The translations under genes and the position numbers were made by a program. A stretch of 64,000 nt of DNA from Phaeosaccion multiseriatum (lineage: Eukaryota > Protista > Ochrophyta, other classes): NCBI GenBank assembly GCA_965112735.1, contig OZ218957.1:2480001-2544000 (forward strand), read 5' to 3'. How positions within the stretch are numbered: position 1 is the stretch's first letter; each line of letters opens with the position of its first letter. The notes under the pieces were generated by a model, which was given only the letters and a program-made list of their open reading frames with translations, was not told where the DNA came from and did not search any database. Below are positions 26,733 to 40,942 of this stretch, in pieces.

Positions 26733-27121
26733 GCGGCAGCAGCGGCGACGAGTCCTTCGCCGCGGCAGGAGATGTTGGCCATTATCACAGCAGCGGCAGT
26801 GACGACAGTAACAGCGACGCCTCCTCCTCGGATAGCGATAGCGACAGTGATAGCGACAGCGCCTCCATGTTGAGCGGCTTTAGCTCGTCGGACCTGGACG
26901 GGGGCGAGGACGGCGGCGGCGATGGTCACAACGACCATTGGCTCAACTGGTTCGGGGACGGAGGGGCTCTGGGCTGGGGTGGTGGGGGTGGTGGTGCTGG
27001 TGGTGACGGGGATGGGCTGCAGGATGTTATCTTCAGCACCGAGGGCAGTGATCCAGACCACTCGGACTCGAGCAGTTCCAGTGTGTCAAGCACCGCGACT
27101 GACAAGACGGAAGTCATGTGA
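25820..27121 (+). CDS. Single-exon orphan protein: long hydrophobic hairpin followed by acidic/Ser/Asn low-complexity tail
   Basis: Uninterrupted 433-codon frame from the first ATG (25820), head-to-head with NT5C3. ~45-aa hydrophobic stretch TVVVSIGLIAAMLSTFLSMLFIHAVLLLLAGGTACLGLSLVAL. No recognised domain. Confidence 0.6.
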
Positions 27122-27374
27122 AGAGGGAGGAGGAGACGCGAGGGACGGATCGATGGATGGCAATGGATGGTGGATGGGCCATGTGCTCCGCCAGTGCCTT
27201 GCTTGGGCTTGGGCCTTGACCGCAGGCCCCGCTTACAGTTGACGCAAGATAGGAGTAGGCAGGCCAGGTATGGATGGTATCGTATAGAAAACACAAGGGT
27301 GTACAGAATGAAGAGGTTATATGGCAAGACTTCTTCCAAGTCCGTCCTTTCCGGTCGGTCGGTCAGTCAGTAAG

Positions 27375-28334
27375 TCAGTCGCGGCTCCTACTCACACTTC
27401 GACTCCTCGAACGTCTTGGCAGAGTGCCTCCTCTTCGCCCTCCTACCCCTCCCCCTCCTCCTCCTCGTCCTCGTCCCCCCCCTCCTGCTCCTCCTGCCCC
27501 CCCCATACCGTCGAGGAAGTCCAGGTATCGAATCCTCCCCCTCCTTTTGCGGCTGCCAAAGGCCCTGATGAGTACAGAGGCTTGATCCTTGCTGAAGCAC
27601 ACCCCAAGCTGCTCCAACGAATCGAAAAAGTCTCCCTCTCCAATCTCTCCTCCTCCTCCTCCTCTCCCTCGGCTAGCATCGAGTCTGCTCAGAGTAGTCT
27701 CCATGTCCGCCACGTGGACGCCCATCCGTCGTACAGCTCGGCTCAGCTCTCGTACACCTGCTGCTTCCTCCTCCGTTTCCTCCTCCTCCTCCTCCTCCTC
27801 CTCCTCCTCCTCCTCCCCCCCGTAGTTGTCCTCTCCTCCTCCTCCTCCTCCTCCTCCTCCTCCTCCTTCCTTCACAAAGCGGTGGAACTCGTCGTACTCG
27901 ACCACGTTGTCGCCATTTGTGTCCAGCACATCCATGAGCAAAAACACCTCCCCCTCCCCCAACACCAGCCCGAGTTGATTCAGCGCCGATCGAAACTCGC
28001 GACGACTCACCACCTTGTCGCCATTCACGTCAATTTCCGTCCACAGACGCCTCACATCCAGCCCCTTCTTGTTCTTGCCGCCCGCGTGTTGGTTCTTCGT
28101 CGTCGTTGCTGCCACCCGCCTCAGCTCCCTTTGCAGGGCGATGCTCGCCTCTGAGCGAGCGACCCCATGCGCAAGGTCCACAAACTCGTCGTAGGAGACG
28201 AAACCGTCGCCGTCGGAGTCGATGTGCGCGATGAGGTCCTCGGTGTCCTGCTTGGAGATCTCCATGCCCAAGAGGGTCAGGGCCTTGCTGAACTCTGTGT
28301 GTGCGTGTGTGTGTATGTATGTGTGTGTTTGTGC

Positions 28335-28365
<31 letters not shown>

Positions 28366-31300
28366 TGTGTGTGTTTGTGTGTGTGCGTGTGAATGTGTGT
28401 GTGAGACAGAGAGAGAGAGAGAGTGTGTGTGTGAGGGTGGGGGGCCGGGTTGTATCACGCACTCACTCCCTAACTGACTGAATCACCCACCTTCCTCCCT
28501 CCCTCCCTCACCTCTGGGGTTGACCTTGCCGTCTCCATTTCGATCAAAGTCCTCGAACACCCTCGCAAAGTTGGCCGGACCTCTTGACTCTGTCGCGAGC
28601 CGAACAATCTCACGTCTGAGAATGCCCTCCACACGGCTCAATCCGCCGCCCTTCCCTCCACCTCCTCCTCCACGGGGGGGACTTACTCCTCCTCTTCCCC
28701 TCCTCCTACTCCTGCTCGCATCCTCCTCTTCCTCGTCTTCCCCGTCTTGCTCCCGGAAACTAACTCTCGACCCGCTCCTCCTTCTCGGACTTCTCCTCCG
28801 TGCCGCTGTATCACCAACTGCTGCAGCTGCTCCTGGAGAGTCTAAGGGCCCTGATCCTCGTCGCGAAGGGCTGGCGCTTCCTTTTCTCCCACTGCCGCTT
28901 CTGCTGCTCCTTCGCCCCCTCACTCCCCCCCGTCTCCTTCTCGCCCCGCCCTGATACCGATACCCCTCTACATCCTCAGAATCCGTGTATTCCTCCTCCT
29001 CCTCCTCCTCCTCCTCTTCGTCATTCCTGACGTCACCCCTCCTCCCTCCCCTCCGACCGCCGCGCCTGTTGGTGCTGCGCGACGGAGAAGCCGAGTTCGA
29101 GGATGTCAATCCGCCCTTTCTTCCCCCTGCCCTCCCTCCCCCCCGGCGGTTACCCCCACGACGCCCCTCCTCCTCCTCATCGTCGCCCTCCTCTTCCTCC
29201 TCCTCGTCGTCGTCGTCGTCACTGTACCAGCCCCCCTCCTCGCCTGCCCTTCCTCCTTCCCTCCCCAACTCCATCACCACCACCTCCTCAGCAAACTCCA
29301 TGAAAGCATCAAGGCTCCACACGCCCTCCTCGAAGCTGTCGAAGCGATACGTCAGCCTTCGCACCTCGTCCGTCGTGAGTTCAATTCCCAACTTGGCAAG
29401 GGCGCGCGCCATGTCCTTCTCGGAAACCAAACCAGAGCCGTCCTTATCAGCCTTGAGCAGCACTCTCTTGGTGGATTCAGACAGGGTATCACCAACTGCT
29501 GAAGGTCTTCGCCTGTCCTCCGCCCTCTGCAGTCCCCTCTGGACCTTCCCAATCACGTCGGCGTGATTCGCGTCTCTCACAAACACCACAAAGTCCGTGT
29601 ACGTCACCACCACCCCTCCTCCTCCTCCTCCTCCCCTACTACCCCCACCACCCCCACCACCACCACGGAGGGCAAGGCGAGCCAGGAGAGCCCGCTCCTG
29701 CGCCGCTTTAAGGCGGAAGCCCAACTTGCGCAGTCCGGTGCTCAGTTGGCTCTCCCCAATGGAGCCCCGCCGCTGTGTGTCGAAGTGGTTAAAGGCCTTG
29801 CGAAGCTTGCCCGGTTTGGTGTACTCAAACATCCTGCGGATCATCTGTCGGAGTCGTTCCTCGACCTGCCACATGCCACCACCTCCTCCTCTTCCTCCTC
29901 CTCCACCACCTCCTCTTCCCTCCCTCCTCCTGGTCCCGGAGACGCGCGCTGCATGAAGAAGATTGAGGTAATTCACATCTCCAGCCGCCCCCCCTTCTTC
30001 TTCTCCCCCTTCCCCTCCTCCGAAGCTCGCCTCCAGCGTCTCAATGTCCTTCTCAGTGAGCAGCGAGGCATGCATCGACCTCAGCGCCGCTCGAAAGTCC
30101 GACGACGGAATGAAACCGTCAAAATTCTTGTCGTACTTTTCCATCGCATGGCGATAGTCGAATCCCCTCTTGACACACTCCCCCACCTCTCTGGCCAGCC
30201 TGTCCACTGCCTCTTGACGAAGTCCCACCGACGCGGTGATTGCATGACCTGCATCCCCCATCACACCACCACCAGTTGGTGATACAGCACCGCGACTGTT
30301 CCTCCTCCCACCACCTCCACCCTCCACTGCCCGCACAAACTCCTTGTAGCTGATGAAGCCGTCGCCATCTGCGTCGAACACAGCCATGAGCTGCGCCAGC
30401 TCCGCCCGAGACAAGGCCTCAAAGCCCATCTCCTGCAAGCCGCGGCCAAAGTCTGATAAACTCACTCTCCCCGAGCCGCTGCGGTCAAAGGCGGTGAACA
30501 CTCGTCGCATAGGAGCTGTAGCAGTTGGTGATACAGCACCGCCGCTCTTACTGCTCCTCCTTCCTCCTCCTCCGGCGTGCCTGGCCAAGCGGCAAATCTC
30601 CCCACGCACCCTCTCCAGCAACCGCCGCACCCCCTCGGACACCCCTCCTCCTCCTCCTCCTCCTCCTCCTCCTCCTCCTCCTCCTCCTCTGAGTACATCA
30701 GCCAGGAACTTTCCATAGTCGAAGGGCGCATTCCTCTTTCCAGGCTCGCAGTAGAGCGACAGTAACGCCCGCACGTCTCTCTGTGCGGCAGGCAGGCCCA
30801 GCCTATGGAGCACCCTCTCCACGTCTCTCCTATCCACGAGGCCTTCGTGGCGTCCTCCTAGGTCCTTCTCTTCGAAGGCTTGATGCAGCCGTCTCGCCAC
30901 TGCTGCAGCGGTACTTGCACCACGACCACGCTCACGGCCACGTCCCCCAGCAGTTGGTGATACAGAGGAGGGCATACGCGCTACCACGGCTCTGATCTTG
31001 CTCATGGTGTCGTCTCCTCCGCCAAGGCCGGTGTACATGCCACGCTGCTGTTGCGGCTGCTGTATCACCAACTGCTGCCCTCCCATGGTGGTCAGCTTGA
31101 GAATGGCCGTGGGGTCTTTGGGAGTCGCCCACTTCAGGAATTTGGCATAGTCCACGCCCACTGAATCACCAACACGCCCACCACCACTAGCACCACCACC
31201 GCCGCCGCTGGCAGAGCTAGACAACGACGAGAGGAATCGATCTGCGAGCAGAGGCACCTCCGTGCGGCGACTAAAGGGGAAACCGCACGTCGCAACGGCC

Positions 31301-34300
31301 CTGGCAAAGCACGCGGGAGACAGGCGGCCCTTCCTCCTCCAATCGTAGTGAGTGAAGCACTCCTCAAGGCCGGACAGGTCACCCCCCAACCGTTGGGCCG
31401 CCTCTGCCACAGTTACATGTGCCCTCCTCCTCAGTAACTGCTCCACCAGTGAGTCGGGCGCGTGAAGTGTGGACATGACGCCCCCAGGGGCCTTCGCCGT
31501 TGTCCTGGCGACACCACCATGGTGTCCCGTGTCTACAAAGTTCACAAAGTCGCCGTAGGAGATGCCTTGCTGGATCACCAACTGCTGCCCCGCCCCTGCC
31601 GCTGCACCTGCAAACCGCTTAAAAAGCGCGTCCCAACCTCCTGCCGCCCCTTCGCGGAAACCCAACTCAGATAGGCACGCCTTGAAGTCGAGCAGACCCA
31701 CTCGGCCCGTTCCACGGCGATCAAAGGCGGCGAAGGCAGCCCTCAAGTCATCCGCGCCACCCCTTCCTCCTCCTCCTCCTCCTCCTCCTCCTGGTCCTGC
31801 CGCCGCTGCTGCTGCTGTCTCTTGTTGTTGATGCTTGTGCCGCAGAGCCAAGAGGTGCTGACGAAGCTTCGTCTCTGCCGCGAGGGCCGCTCTCGAAGTA
31901 GGCTGCTCCTCCACAAACGCCACAAAAGCTCGATAGTCCACCGCATTCTCCTCCACCTCAAAGAGCATCGCCAGTAGCTGCAGCTCCTGTGGGGGCAGCG
32001 CTTGGGCCCCAGAGTACCCCAACTCCCCCAAGCCGCTGAAGAAGCCCACTCTTGAAACCGTCCCTTTCCCCAACTTGTCCTGCTTGGCAAACACGTCCAC
32101 CCCTCCCCCCGCCCCGTAGAGCACCAACTTGTGCAACCTTTGCATAGCGGCATTGGGTGGCACGGGACAAGTGTACTCCGCAAACTCGACAAAGGCCCTG
32201 TAATCAATCGCTGAGCCATCTCGGGCCGGAGCGGTGTCGAAAAAATCCATCACTGCCCGCAGCACCAGCGGAGACAGCCCCAAATCCGCCCCTCCTCCTC
32301 CTCCTCCTCCTCCTCCTCCTCCTCCTCCTCCTCCTCCTCCTCCTCCTCCTCCTCCTCCTCCTCCGTGCTGAATAACCTTGGCGAACTGCATCCGATTCAG
32401 TAGACCGTCTCCCCTTGCATCCAGCGATCGGAAAGAGGCCAGCAGATGGGCAGTGGGCGGCTTCCTCAGACCCTCCGACATCTGTGAACTGGCCCGGATG
32501 CAGTCTTCTGCCATGAGAATGCCGTGGGAGGCCACGTCATGGGCCTCTCCATCCCACTCTCCCCCTCCTGCTGCTGCAAAGGGTGGTTCTCCAAGGGTCT
32601 CCTGGCGACGCTGTCGAGCGGACTCACGCGCTCGGTTTCCCCTGTACCGACTCTGAAGCCTCACCGCCGCAGAGGCGGGCTCCAGATACTCTCTTCCTCC
32701 TCCTCCTCCTCCTCCTCCTCCTCCTCCTCCTCCTCCTTCGGCAGGGCGGGCCCCGCTATCGCGAATGAAGGCCCGGCTCGAATGCTGCTCCCTCTGGAAG
32801 GACTCCTCCCCCGTTGACACGACCCTCGGCTCCATCGCACTACTCCCTCCTCCTCCACCTCCTTGTCCGGACGGAGTCACTCGGTTGCCCCCCACGCTCT
32901 CCGTGTTGGCCATCCGCGCCGTCGCCAACCCCTCAATCTCCGCCACGTGTTGCTCGAACTTCTTCCTCCTCTCTGCCTCCGCCTGCCCCGCCACACCGCG
33001 TTGGTGCTGCGTCCCCTCCACCTCCTCTTCTTCTTGCTCTTCCTCGTAGTCCTCCTCCTCTTCTTCGCCTCCGTAGCGAGGGGCCCGACTACTGCTCTTC
33101 CTCCTGCGTCGACCACTACCGCCGCCACGTCCTCCGCGTCCATCTTCTCCTTCGTCTGCATCATAGCTCCGACCATAGCCATCCTTCCCCCTCTTCCTGC
33201 CCCCCTCCTCCACATCATCCACATCATCATCATCATCATCTGGGTCCGCTTCATCCACCAACACAAAGCCCATCTCCCTCAGCGCCGTCTTGAACTGCAG
33301 CCTTGTGACCCTCCCCGTCCGCTCTCTGTCCATCTGCTCAAAGGGCGCAGAGGGGAAGTAACCCCTCATGTTCATCTCCTTGCAGCGGTTGGACAGACGG
33401 TTCTGTAACGCCCTCTCCGGCCGCGAAGGCTGTCGGGCAAAGTCCACAAAGGCCTGAAGACTGAGACGACCATCCCGACCCTTTGATGACGACCCTGAGT
33501 AGGACTCCGAGTCGGTGTGTGCTTGTGTGTGTGCGTGTGCAAAGACCGCAGCCAGCTCCTCGGGGGGTATGTGGAGGTTGTCAATGCCCGACATACCCGC
33601 TACAAAGTCGTCGAGGCTCAAGGGCCGTGTTACATCACCGTCTACAGACAGCACCTCGAATACCTTGTTTGTCATTTGTCATTTGTCATTGGTGTCAGGA
33701 CAGGGGGTGGGTGGGTGGGTGGTGTCAGGACAGAGAGTGGTAGGACAGAAGGACGTGGGGGGGGGTGTGAGGACAGGTGGTGGGGGGGGGGTATAGAAAA
33801 CAGAGCGGATCACAAGGACGGAGTAGTCAAACACACACACACACATACACACACAAACAAACACACACACCCTCCTCCACTGCCATCCACCCACCCCACC
33901 CACACCCACACCCGCAACCAACCCCCATCCACTGCCATCTACAACCACCCACCTGCTCTGCCTGTATACCGCTGTCCTCCAAGGCCGCATCAAGGAAGGC
34001 GTGTATGCGCTTCAACGCCGCCCCCACCGCAGGAGGGGGGTCCGCGTACTGCAGAAACTCAACATAGTGGACTTGGGCATCCTGCTGGGGAGAGAAACGC
34101 CCAATCAGGGCCTCCACCTCCACCCCTGTGAGTGCATTGGGCCCCAAGTCTCTCTCCGATCGCAACGGCGTCTTCCATCGCAACACAATACGGAGGGTGC
34201 CTGCGTTACGCCCTGTCTCGTCCAGGATGGGCACGCCTTGCACCACGTCATCACCCTCGGCCAATGCCGCCAGACTCACCCTACATTCTCCCACCATACT

Positions 34301-37300
34301 CTCCTCCCCCCCCCCTCCTCCTCCTCCTCCTCCTCCTCCTCCTCCATCTCCATCGCCATCACTCTGTCCTCCTCCCTTGCCACCCTCCGTGTCATCCATG
34401 ACGGTGAAGGTGAGTTGGTAGCGCTGCAAGAAGCGGAGGAGCTTCCTGTCCGTGGTCACAGGGAAGCTCATGGCGTGCGAGAAGGAGGGGTCTCGGCTTG
34501 CGGGGATGACGGGAGTAAACACGTCCTGGAAACCCAACAGCTGCGGTGTGTGTGGTGTGTGTACATGCGTGTGTGGTGTGTGTACATGTGTGTGTGGGGG
34601 GGGGGGGGGTATTTGTGTGTGTGTATGTGTGCGTGTGTGTGCGAATGCAGCGAGGCAGCGAGAAGAAATAAGACATCAAAGAAAACACATTGATCACAAC
34701 AAGGGGTGAGAGGGGAGACACGCTGCTTTTCCTTCCTGTTCCTCCTTGTGCAATTCCATCCATCTGTCAATTCCTCTGTAGGAGAGACATCATCGCTACT
34801 CCTCTGCCTGTCTCTTCCCTCCACGGCTCGAGTCTAGCCCCCCCCCCCATCCCTCTCTCCCTCCCTCTCCTTCCCTCCCTCCCCCCCCCCCTCCCCCTCT
34901 CCCTCCTTCCTTCCTTCCCTCCGTCCCTCCGTCCCTCCCTCCCTCCCTCCCCCTCTCTTACCTGGTAGTGCACATAAGGATTAGGAGGGTCATAGCTCCC
35001 TCCCCCTCCCCCTCCCACCCTTGCCACGAGTCCCTCCGCGCCCTTCACCACCACCTCGAGCTCGTTCTGTAGTCTCGCCTCTTCCGCCGCAGTCATCCCT
35101 GCCATCCCCCCACTCCCTCCTCCTCCTCCTCGTCCTCCCGCCTGCCCAATCGCCTGCCCGTATGCTTGTCCCAAGCTTCGATCCACCGCCTCCAGCCGAG
35201 CCCTTTCTTCGGGGTGCCTCTCCAGGAAGAGCGCGTAAAGCTCCGTCACAGGCACCGCCATACGAAGCTCCACATGGACGTGACCCACCACCGCACCCAC
35301 CACCTGCCCACCCACCCCTTCTCCTCCTCCTCCTCCTCCTCCTCCTCCTCCTCCTCCTCCTCCTCCTCCTCCTCCTCCTCCTGCCACACGGACAGATAGC
35401 AGCGGCTCTGCCTGCAGCACCACTCTCGGTTTGGCCTTGAGTAGGCCGGACAAGTTGATACGCGCCCTTGCCAGCAGCTCAAAGTCCGCTGCTCGTGTCT
35501 GGTTGAGCTCCAGTACGAGCCCCTCGCTGCCCAGGTAGCGAAGGAATAAGTCGTCCACCGCGACTTTAAAAGTCGTGGCAAAGTCGAAGGCCGGGGAGGA
35601 GCCGGGGAGGAGCTGCGTGGCTTGGGATTCGTAGTCGAAGAAGTCTAGCACCATGAAACTGTTGGGGTGGGGGAGGAGGAGGAGGCGGAGGAGGAGGGGG
35701 GGGGGGGGATGGGGTGTGAGAGAGAGAAGGAAGCATGCTTGCTTACCGACCTACCCACCGGCCTGTCTGCCTACCTGCCCACCCAACCCCTCGGCACCCC
35801 CTTCTCATACGCCTCTGCCCGACCAGAGTCAGAGCCCCTCCCCCTCCCTCCATCCACTGCCATCTCATCGCCCACCTGGAGGCTCCGGCACTAACGACGC
35901 CCTCTTCAAGCTCGGCCCCCACCACCCACACCTCCACAACGTTCTCGTCAGCAGAGAAGTCTCCCTCGGCCATCTCGTCCAGGAGGGAGTTGTTGTCGTC
36001 GTCATCGTCGTCCATAGAGCCTGGGAGGGGAGTAGGGGAGGGGAGTAGGGGAGGGGAGTAGGGGAGGGGAGTAGGGGAGGGGAGTAGGGGAGGGGAGAGG
36101 AGGGTAGAGGAGGGAGGGGAGGGGAGGGGAGGGGAGAGGAGGGGAGGGGAAGGGGAGAGAGAAGGAAGGGGAGGAGACGAAGGGGAGGGGGGGTGAGGAG
36201 GGACGAAGGGGAGGGGAGGGAAGGGGGGTGGGGGGGCGAAGGGGGGAGGGAAGGGATGGAGGGAGGGAGGGAGGGACGGCGGGAGAAGGGCAGGCAGTGA
36301 AGTGAGTGCGGAGATGCAGCAGCGGTACTTCAGCAAAGAGCGCGCCCTCCCCTCCAGACTGTGTGTCTGTGTGTCTGTCTGTCTGTCTGCTACCGTATCA
36401 CCAACTGCTGTACCACTCACCGCGCCGCTTCCTTCTACCCCCGTAGTTGGCTTGCTTGACCTGAGCCTCTAAGCGACGCACTCTCCCAAGTCGCTCGAGA
36501 GCAAGGGCTTCGAAGTCGCTCAGCTTCTGCGTCAGCTGTGGAGAGAGGAGGAGGAGGAGGAGGAGGAGGAGGGGGGGGTGAGGGAGTGGTGATGGTGGTG
36601 GAAGAGGAGGAGGAGAAGAAGGAGGAAGATGTGAGAAGAAGAAGAAGAAGAAGAAGAAGAAGAAGAAGAAGAAGAAGAAGAAGAAGAAGAAGAAGAAGAA
36701 GAAGAAGAAGAAGAAGAAGAAGAAGAAGAAGAAGAGAAGAAGAAGAAGAAGAAGAAGAAGAAGAAGAAGAAGAAGGCATCTCTCGTACCTCTCTTCTGTC
36801 GCTGCCCGCCCTCTTGGTGAGGCTCTCCATCTCCAAATGAAGATCCCTATTGATGCTCATCTGAGCCTTAAGCATCCTCTCGGCCCGCTCCACCTCCCTC
36901 GTCACACTCAAATTGGCCACTTGGAGCTGCTGCAGTTTACGTCTCAGTTTGGGCACAGTGTCCATGTCATCTCCCTCTCCATCGTCGCCATCTGCGTCTT
37001 CTAGGAAGGAGAGGTTGGTGGGGTCGAGGCGTCGCCGCCGGACAAGGGTGAGGGCTTGTTCGAGCTCGGCCATGTCGATGTCCTGTGAGGAGGAGGAAGG
37101 CAAAAGAAGGGAGTTAGTTGGGGAAGGAAGACAAGGAGGAGGAGGAGGAGGAGGAGGAGGAGGAGCAGGAGGAGGAGGAGGAGGAGGAGGAGGAGGAGGA
37201 GGAGAAAGACAGAGAAGGGAGTAGGCAGAGGAAGGAAGGAGGCGCTACCTAAGTCGGGCGCAAGGAGGACATCCATCTCTAGACCGTCTCCCTCGGGCCC

Positions 37301-39881
37301 TGCATCTCTTTTTCCTCTCTAGACCGTCTCCCTGCATCTCTTTTTCCTCCCCAGAACAAACCAAAGACGCAACGGGACTATCCACCCACCCACCGACCCA
37401 TCCACCCACCCACCCACTCCCTTCCTCCCTCCCTCACTCACATCGTCTCCCGAGTAAAGCTTCATGGTGTCCGCAAGTACCGCTGCCCCTGCCTCCGCCT
37501 CGTTGTGCCGGATGCGAAGCTCCTGCAGGGCCCTCTCTGCCCTGAGCTTGTCCTCTCGGAGCTTGTTTGCCTGTTTCTGTAACGCCACCAGGGCCGCGTG
37601 GTGCGTCTGGGCAGTCTCCTGTTGTGTGATTTGTGTGTGTATGTGTCGAGTGATTGATGGGATGGCGGGGGGGGGGGAGTTAAGTTCAGCAGTTGATGAT
37701 ACAGGGCACGGCACAGAACAGCACACGGCAAAACGGAGGATAGAGGCATATGGGCAGGTGTACATTGCGCACGAGCGTGGCGAGGAGTGTAGCCCTGCTC
37801 TTCTCCTGCTGTACCACCAACTGCTGCATCCTGCCTGCTGCCGCTGCCGAGCGCTGTCGGTCTGTACCCCCCCCCCCTTCCTCCCCTCCGCCCATGTACC
37901 TGCAGATGCTGAATCTTGAGCTGACTGGCGTGATCCTCCCTCTCAAGTTCGAGCAGCCTCTCGGCCCTCTCCTGATTCTGAAACGCCGCGCTGATGAAGG
38001 GGCTCTCGCAGAGACGAGTCACCTGTTGTTGTCGTCGTCGTACAGTAAAGCAAGCACAGAAAGACCAAAGTTAGAAGTAAGTAAGTAAGTAAAGGAAGGG
38101 AAGCAAGAGCAAGACAAGGCCAAGCAAGCAACGAAAGCAAAGACCAAAGCAAAGCGAATAAGACTAAAGAATCAAGGAGGCCAAGCAAGGGAAGTGCGTG
38201 AAGAGGGGAGGACGAAGCAAAGCAAGGCAAGCAAGGCAAGCAAGTTGGTGGTACAGCAGACAAGCAAAGCCCGCAGACAGTAAGGAGAGCAATCAAGCAC
38301 GTTTGAGAGAGACGCACACTCATATCCACCCACTCATTCACCCCCTATCCCATCCACCCACCCACCCACCCACCCATCCACCCACCCACCCACCATTCAC
38401 CCCCTATCCCATCCACCCACCCATCCACCCACCCACCTACCCACCACCCACCCACCGACCCACCCACCCACCCACCCACCTACACACACACACACTGCTA
38501 TCCATCCACTGCCACCCACCCATCCACCCACCCACCACCCACCTGCTCCTCCAGCGTTCGGTTGCCTGCCCGCAGCTCTGCCACTGTCTCCTCGAGGTCT
38601 GCCGCCCTCGCGCTTTTCGCCTCCGCCACGTCCTTCTCGTGCTGCGCCTCCTGTTGCAGACAGTTACAGTTACACAGTTATACGGTTTCAAGTTTCAGTT
38701 GAATTGGCTTTGTTCGTTAGCCAACACCTCAACGGGACCAAACCAACTCTTTCGAGTCGATATTGCGGATCGATATTTTGTATCGTGGGATCGATGATTT
38801 GTATCGTGGGATCGATGTTTTGGTTCAGGTCTGTCTATTGGACACAACAGAGAGAGCAGAACCCTCCCAACCCTCCCCACCCCTTCCTACCCCACCCCAA
38901 CCAACCCCACCTAACCCACCCAACCAACCCCACCAACCCCACCTAACCCACCCAACCAACCCCACCTAACCCAACCAACCCCACCTAACCCAACCAACCC
39001 CACCTAACCCACCCAACCAACCCCACCTAGCCCACCCAACCAACCCCACCCAACCCACCCAACCAACCCCACCTAACCCACCTAACCAAACCCACCTAAC
39101 CCACCCAACCCAACCCAACCTAACCCACCCAACCCAACCAACCCCACCTAACCCACCCAACCAACCCAACCTAACCCACCCAACCCAACCCAACCTAACC
39201 CGTCCAACCCAACCAACCCCACCTAACCCAACCCAACCCAACCCCACCTAACCCAACCCCACCCAACCCATCCCAACCCAACCCAACCCAACCCAACCCA
39301 ACCCACCCCACCTAACCCAATCCAACCCAACCCAACCCAACCTAACCCACCCAACCCAACCAACCCCACCTAACCCAACCCAACCCAACCCCCCCAACCC
39401 CCCCAACCCAACCCAACCCAACCCAACCCACCCCATCCAACCCAACCCCACCTAACCCACCCAACCCAACCCAACCTAACCCAACCAACCCCACCTAACC
39501 CACCCAACCCAACCCAACCAACCCCACCTAACCCAATCCAACCCAACCCACCCCACCCAATCCAACCCAACCCAACCCAACCCAACCCCACCTGCAACGC
39601 CCTCCTGAGGTCCCTGAGCTGTCGATTGCCCTCCTCCAAGCGCTCCACCGACCCTCCATGAAGGTCTGCCATGGCTCGACTTCGGGCCTCGAGGTGGTCG
39701 TAGCGTGTCTGCAGGAGCTGCATTTTGGCACGAGCGTCACGGAGCTCGCGTTCGACACTCTCCACCTCCTCGTCTTTTGTTTGGTGAGGGTGAGAGGGTG
39801 AGAGGGTGAGGGTGAGGGTGAAGGCGGGGGTGGGGGTGAGGGTGAGGGTAAGGGTGAGGGTGAGAGTGAGGGCGAGGGTGA

Positions 39882-39938
<57 letters not shown>

Positions 39939-40894
39939 GGAGGGGGAGCGCGAGGGTGGGGGGAGGGTGGGGGGAATGAGAGGCTAGTTCGATCGTGCAT
40001 ACTTTTGGTTCCACGGAATGAGAGGGTAGTTCGATCGTGCATACTTTGGTTCCACACAATTCTAGCAACAGGGGTGTGAGGGGGGAGGCTCCCAACAACA
40101 GCTCGCTCAACCTCAAACTCTCTTACTCCTTCTCCTCAAAAGCATCCCGACGCACCCACTCACGCACCGACTCACGCACGTACTCACCCACTTGTCCTGA
40201 TGTCTTGCTCCTCCTGGCGGCCGCTGCAGCTGCCATGGGAATGTCTCCCTCCTCCTGTGGTCCTATCGTATCACCACCTGCCATACGTGCTGAACGCAGA
40301 GAAGCGTTCTCATCCCTGGCCTTCTTAAGCTGTACCTCAGCGGCAAGTACCCTCTCTCTGAGCTGATCCACCAACTGCATGAGTTTCCGAGCTGGGAGGT
40401 CTCCCCCTCCCAAGTCGTCCATCGAGACACGCACCCCCTCCTCTTCATCATCCCCTCCTCCTCCTCCTCCTCCCCCCCTTGCTTTGAGAGACACGTGTTC
40501 GTTGCTGCAGTGTGTCCTTGCCCCCCTCTTTGAGGGAGAGGACGGTCCTCTGCTATTGCTCCTCGCCCCCCCGCGGGTGCTGGTGTTGGTTCCGTGGGTG
40601 AGGCCTGTGCTTCTCGCTGTTCCTCCTGGAGGTAGGGCGCGAGAACGCGCAAGCCGGGCGCTGGACACCTATGGGGGGGGGGGGGGAACGAGAGAGGGAG
40701 GGGGAGGGGGAGAGGGGGAGAGGGGGAGACAGATAAAGATAAAGAAGATAAGGCCACAAAGAGAAGGTGGAAGGGCGGGTGGCGGGTGCGGCGCGTGTGA
40801 GCATTAGAGAAGAGAGGGAAGGAAGGAAGGGAGGGAGGGAGGAGGAGGAAAGCACGGCCCTTGCAGGGCTTGACAACGACGCTTTGGGATAGAC

Positions 40895-40942
<48 letters not shown>

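Noticed and set aside
28805-31587. VSPT / AVGDT / QQLVIQQ as conserved protein motifs (e.g. phosphosites)
   Set aside because: All are translations of the same DNA oligo in different frames and strands, and the oligo also occurs in introns.
38865-39590. True interstitial telomere or chromosome-fusion scar
   Set aside because: No tandem perfect TTAGGG/TTTAGGG units and no head-to-head junction; it lies inside a phase-consistent intron.
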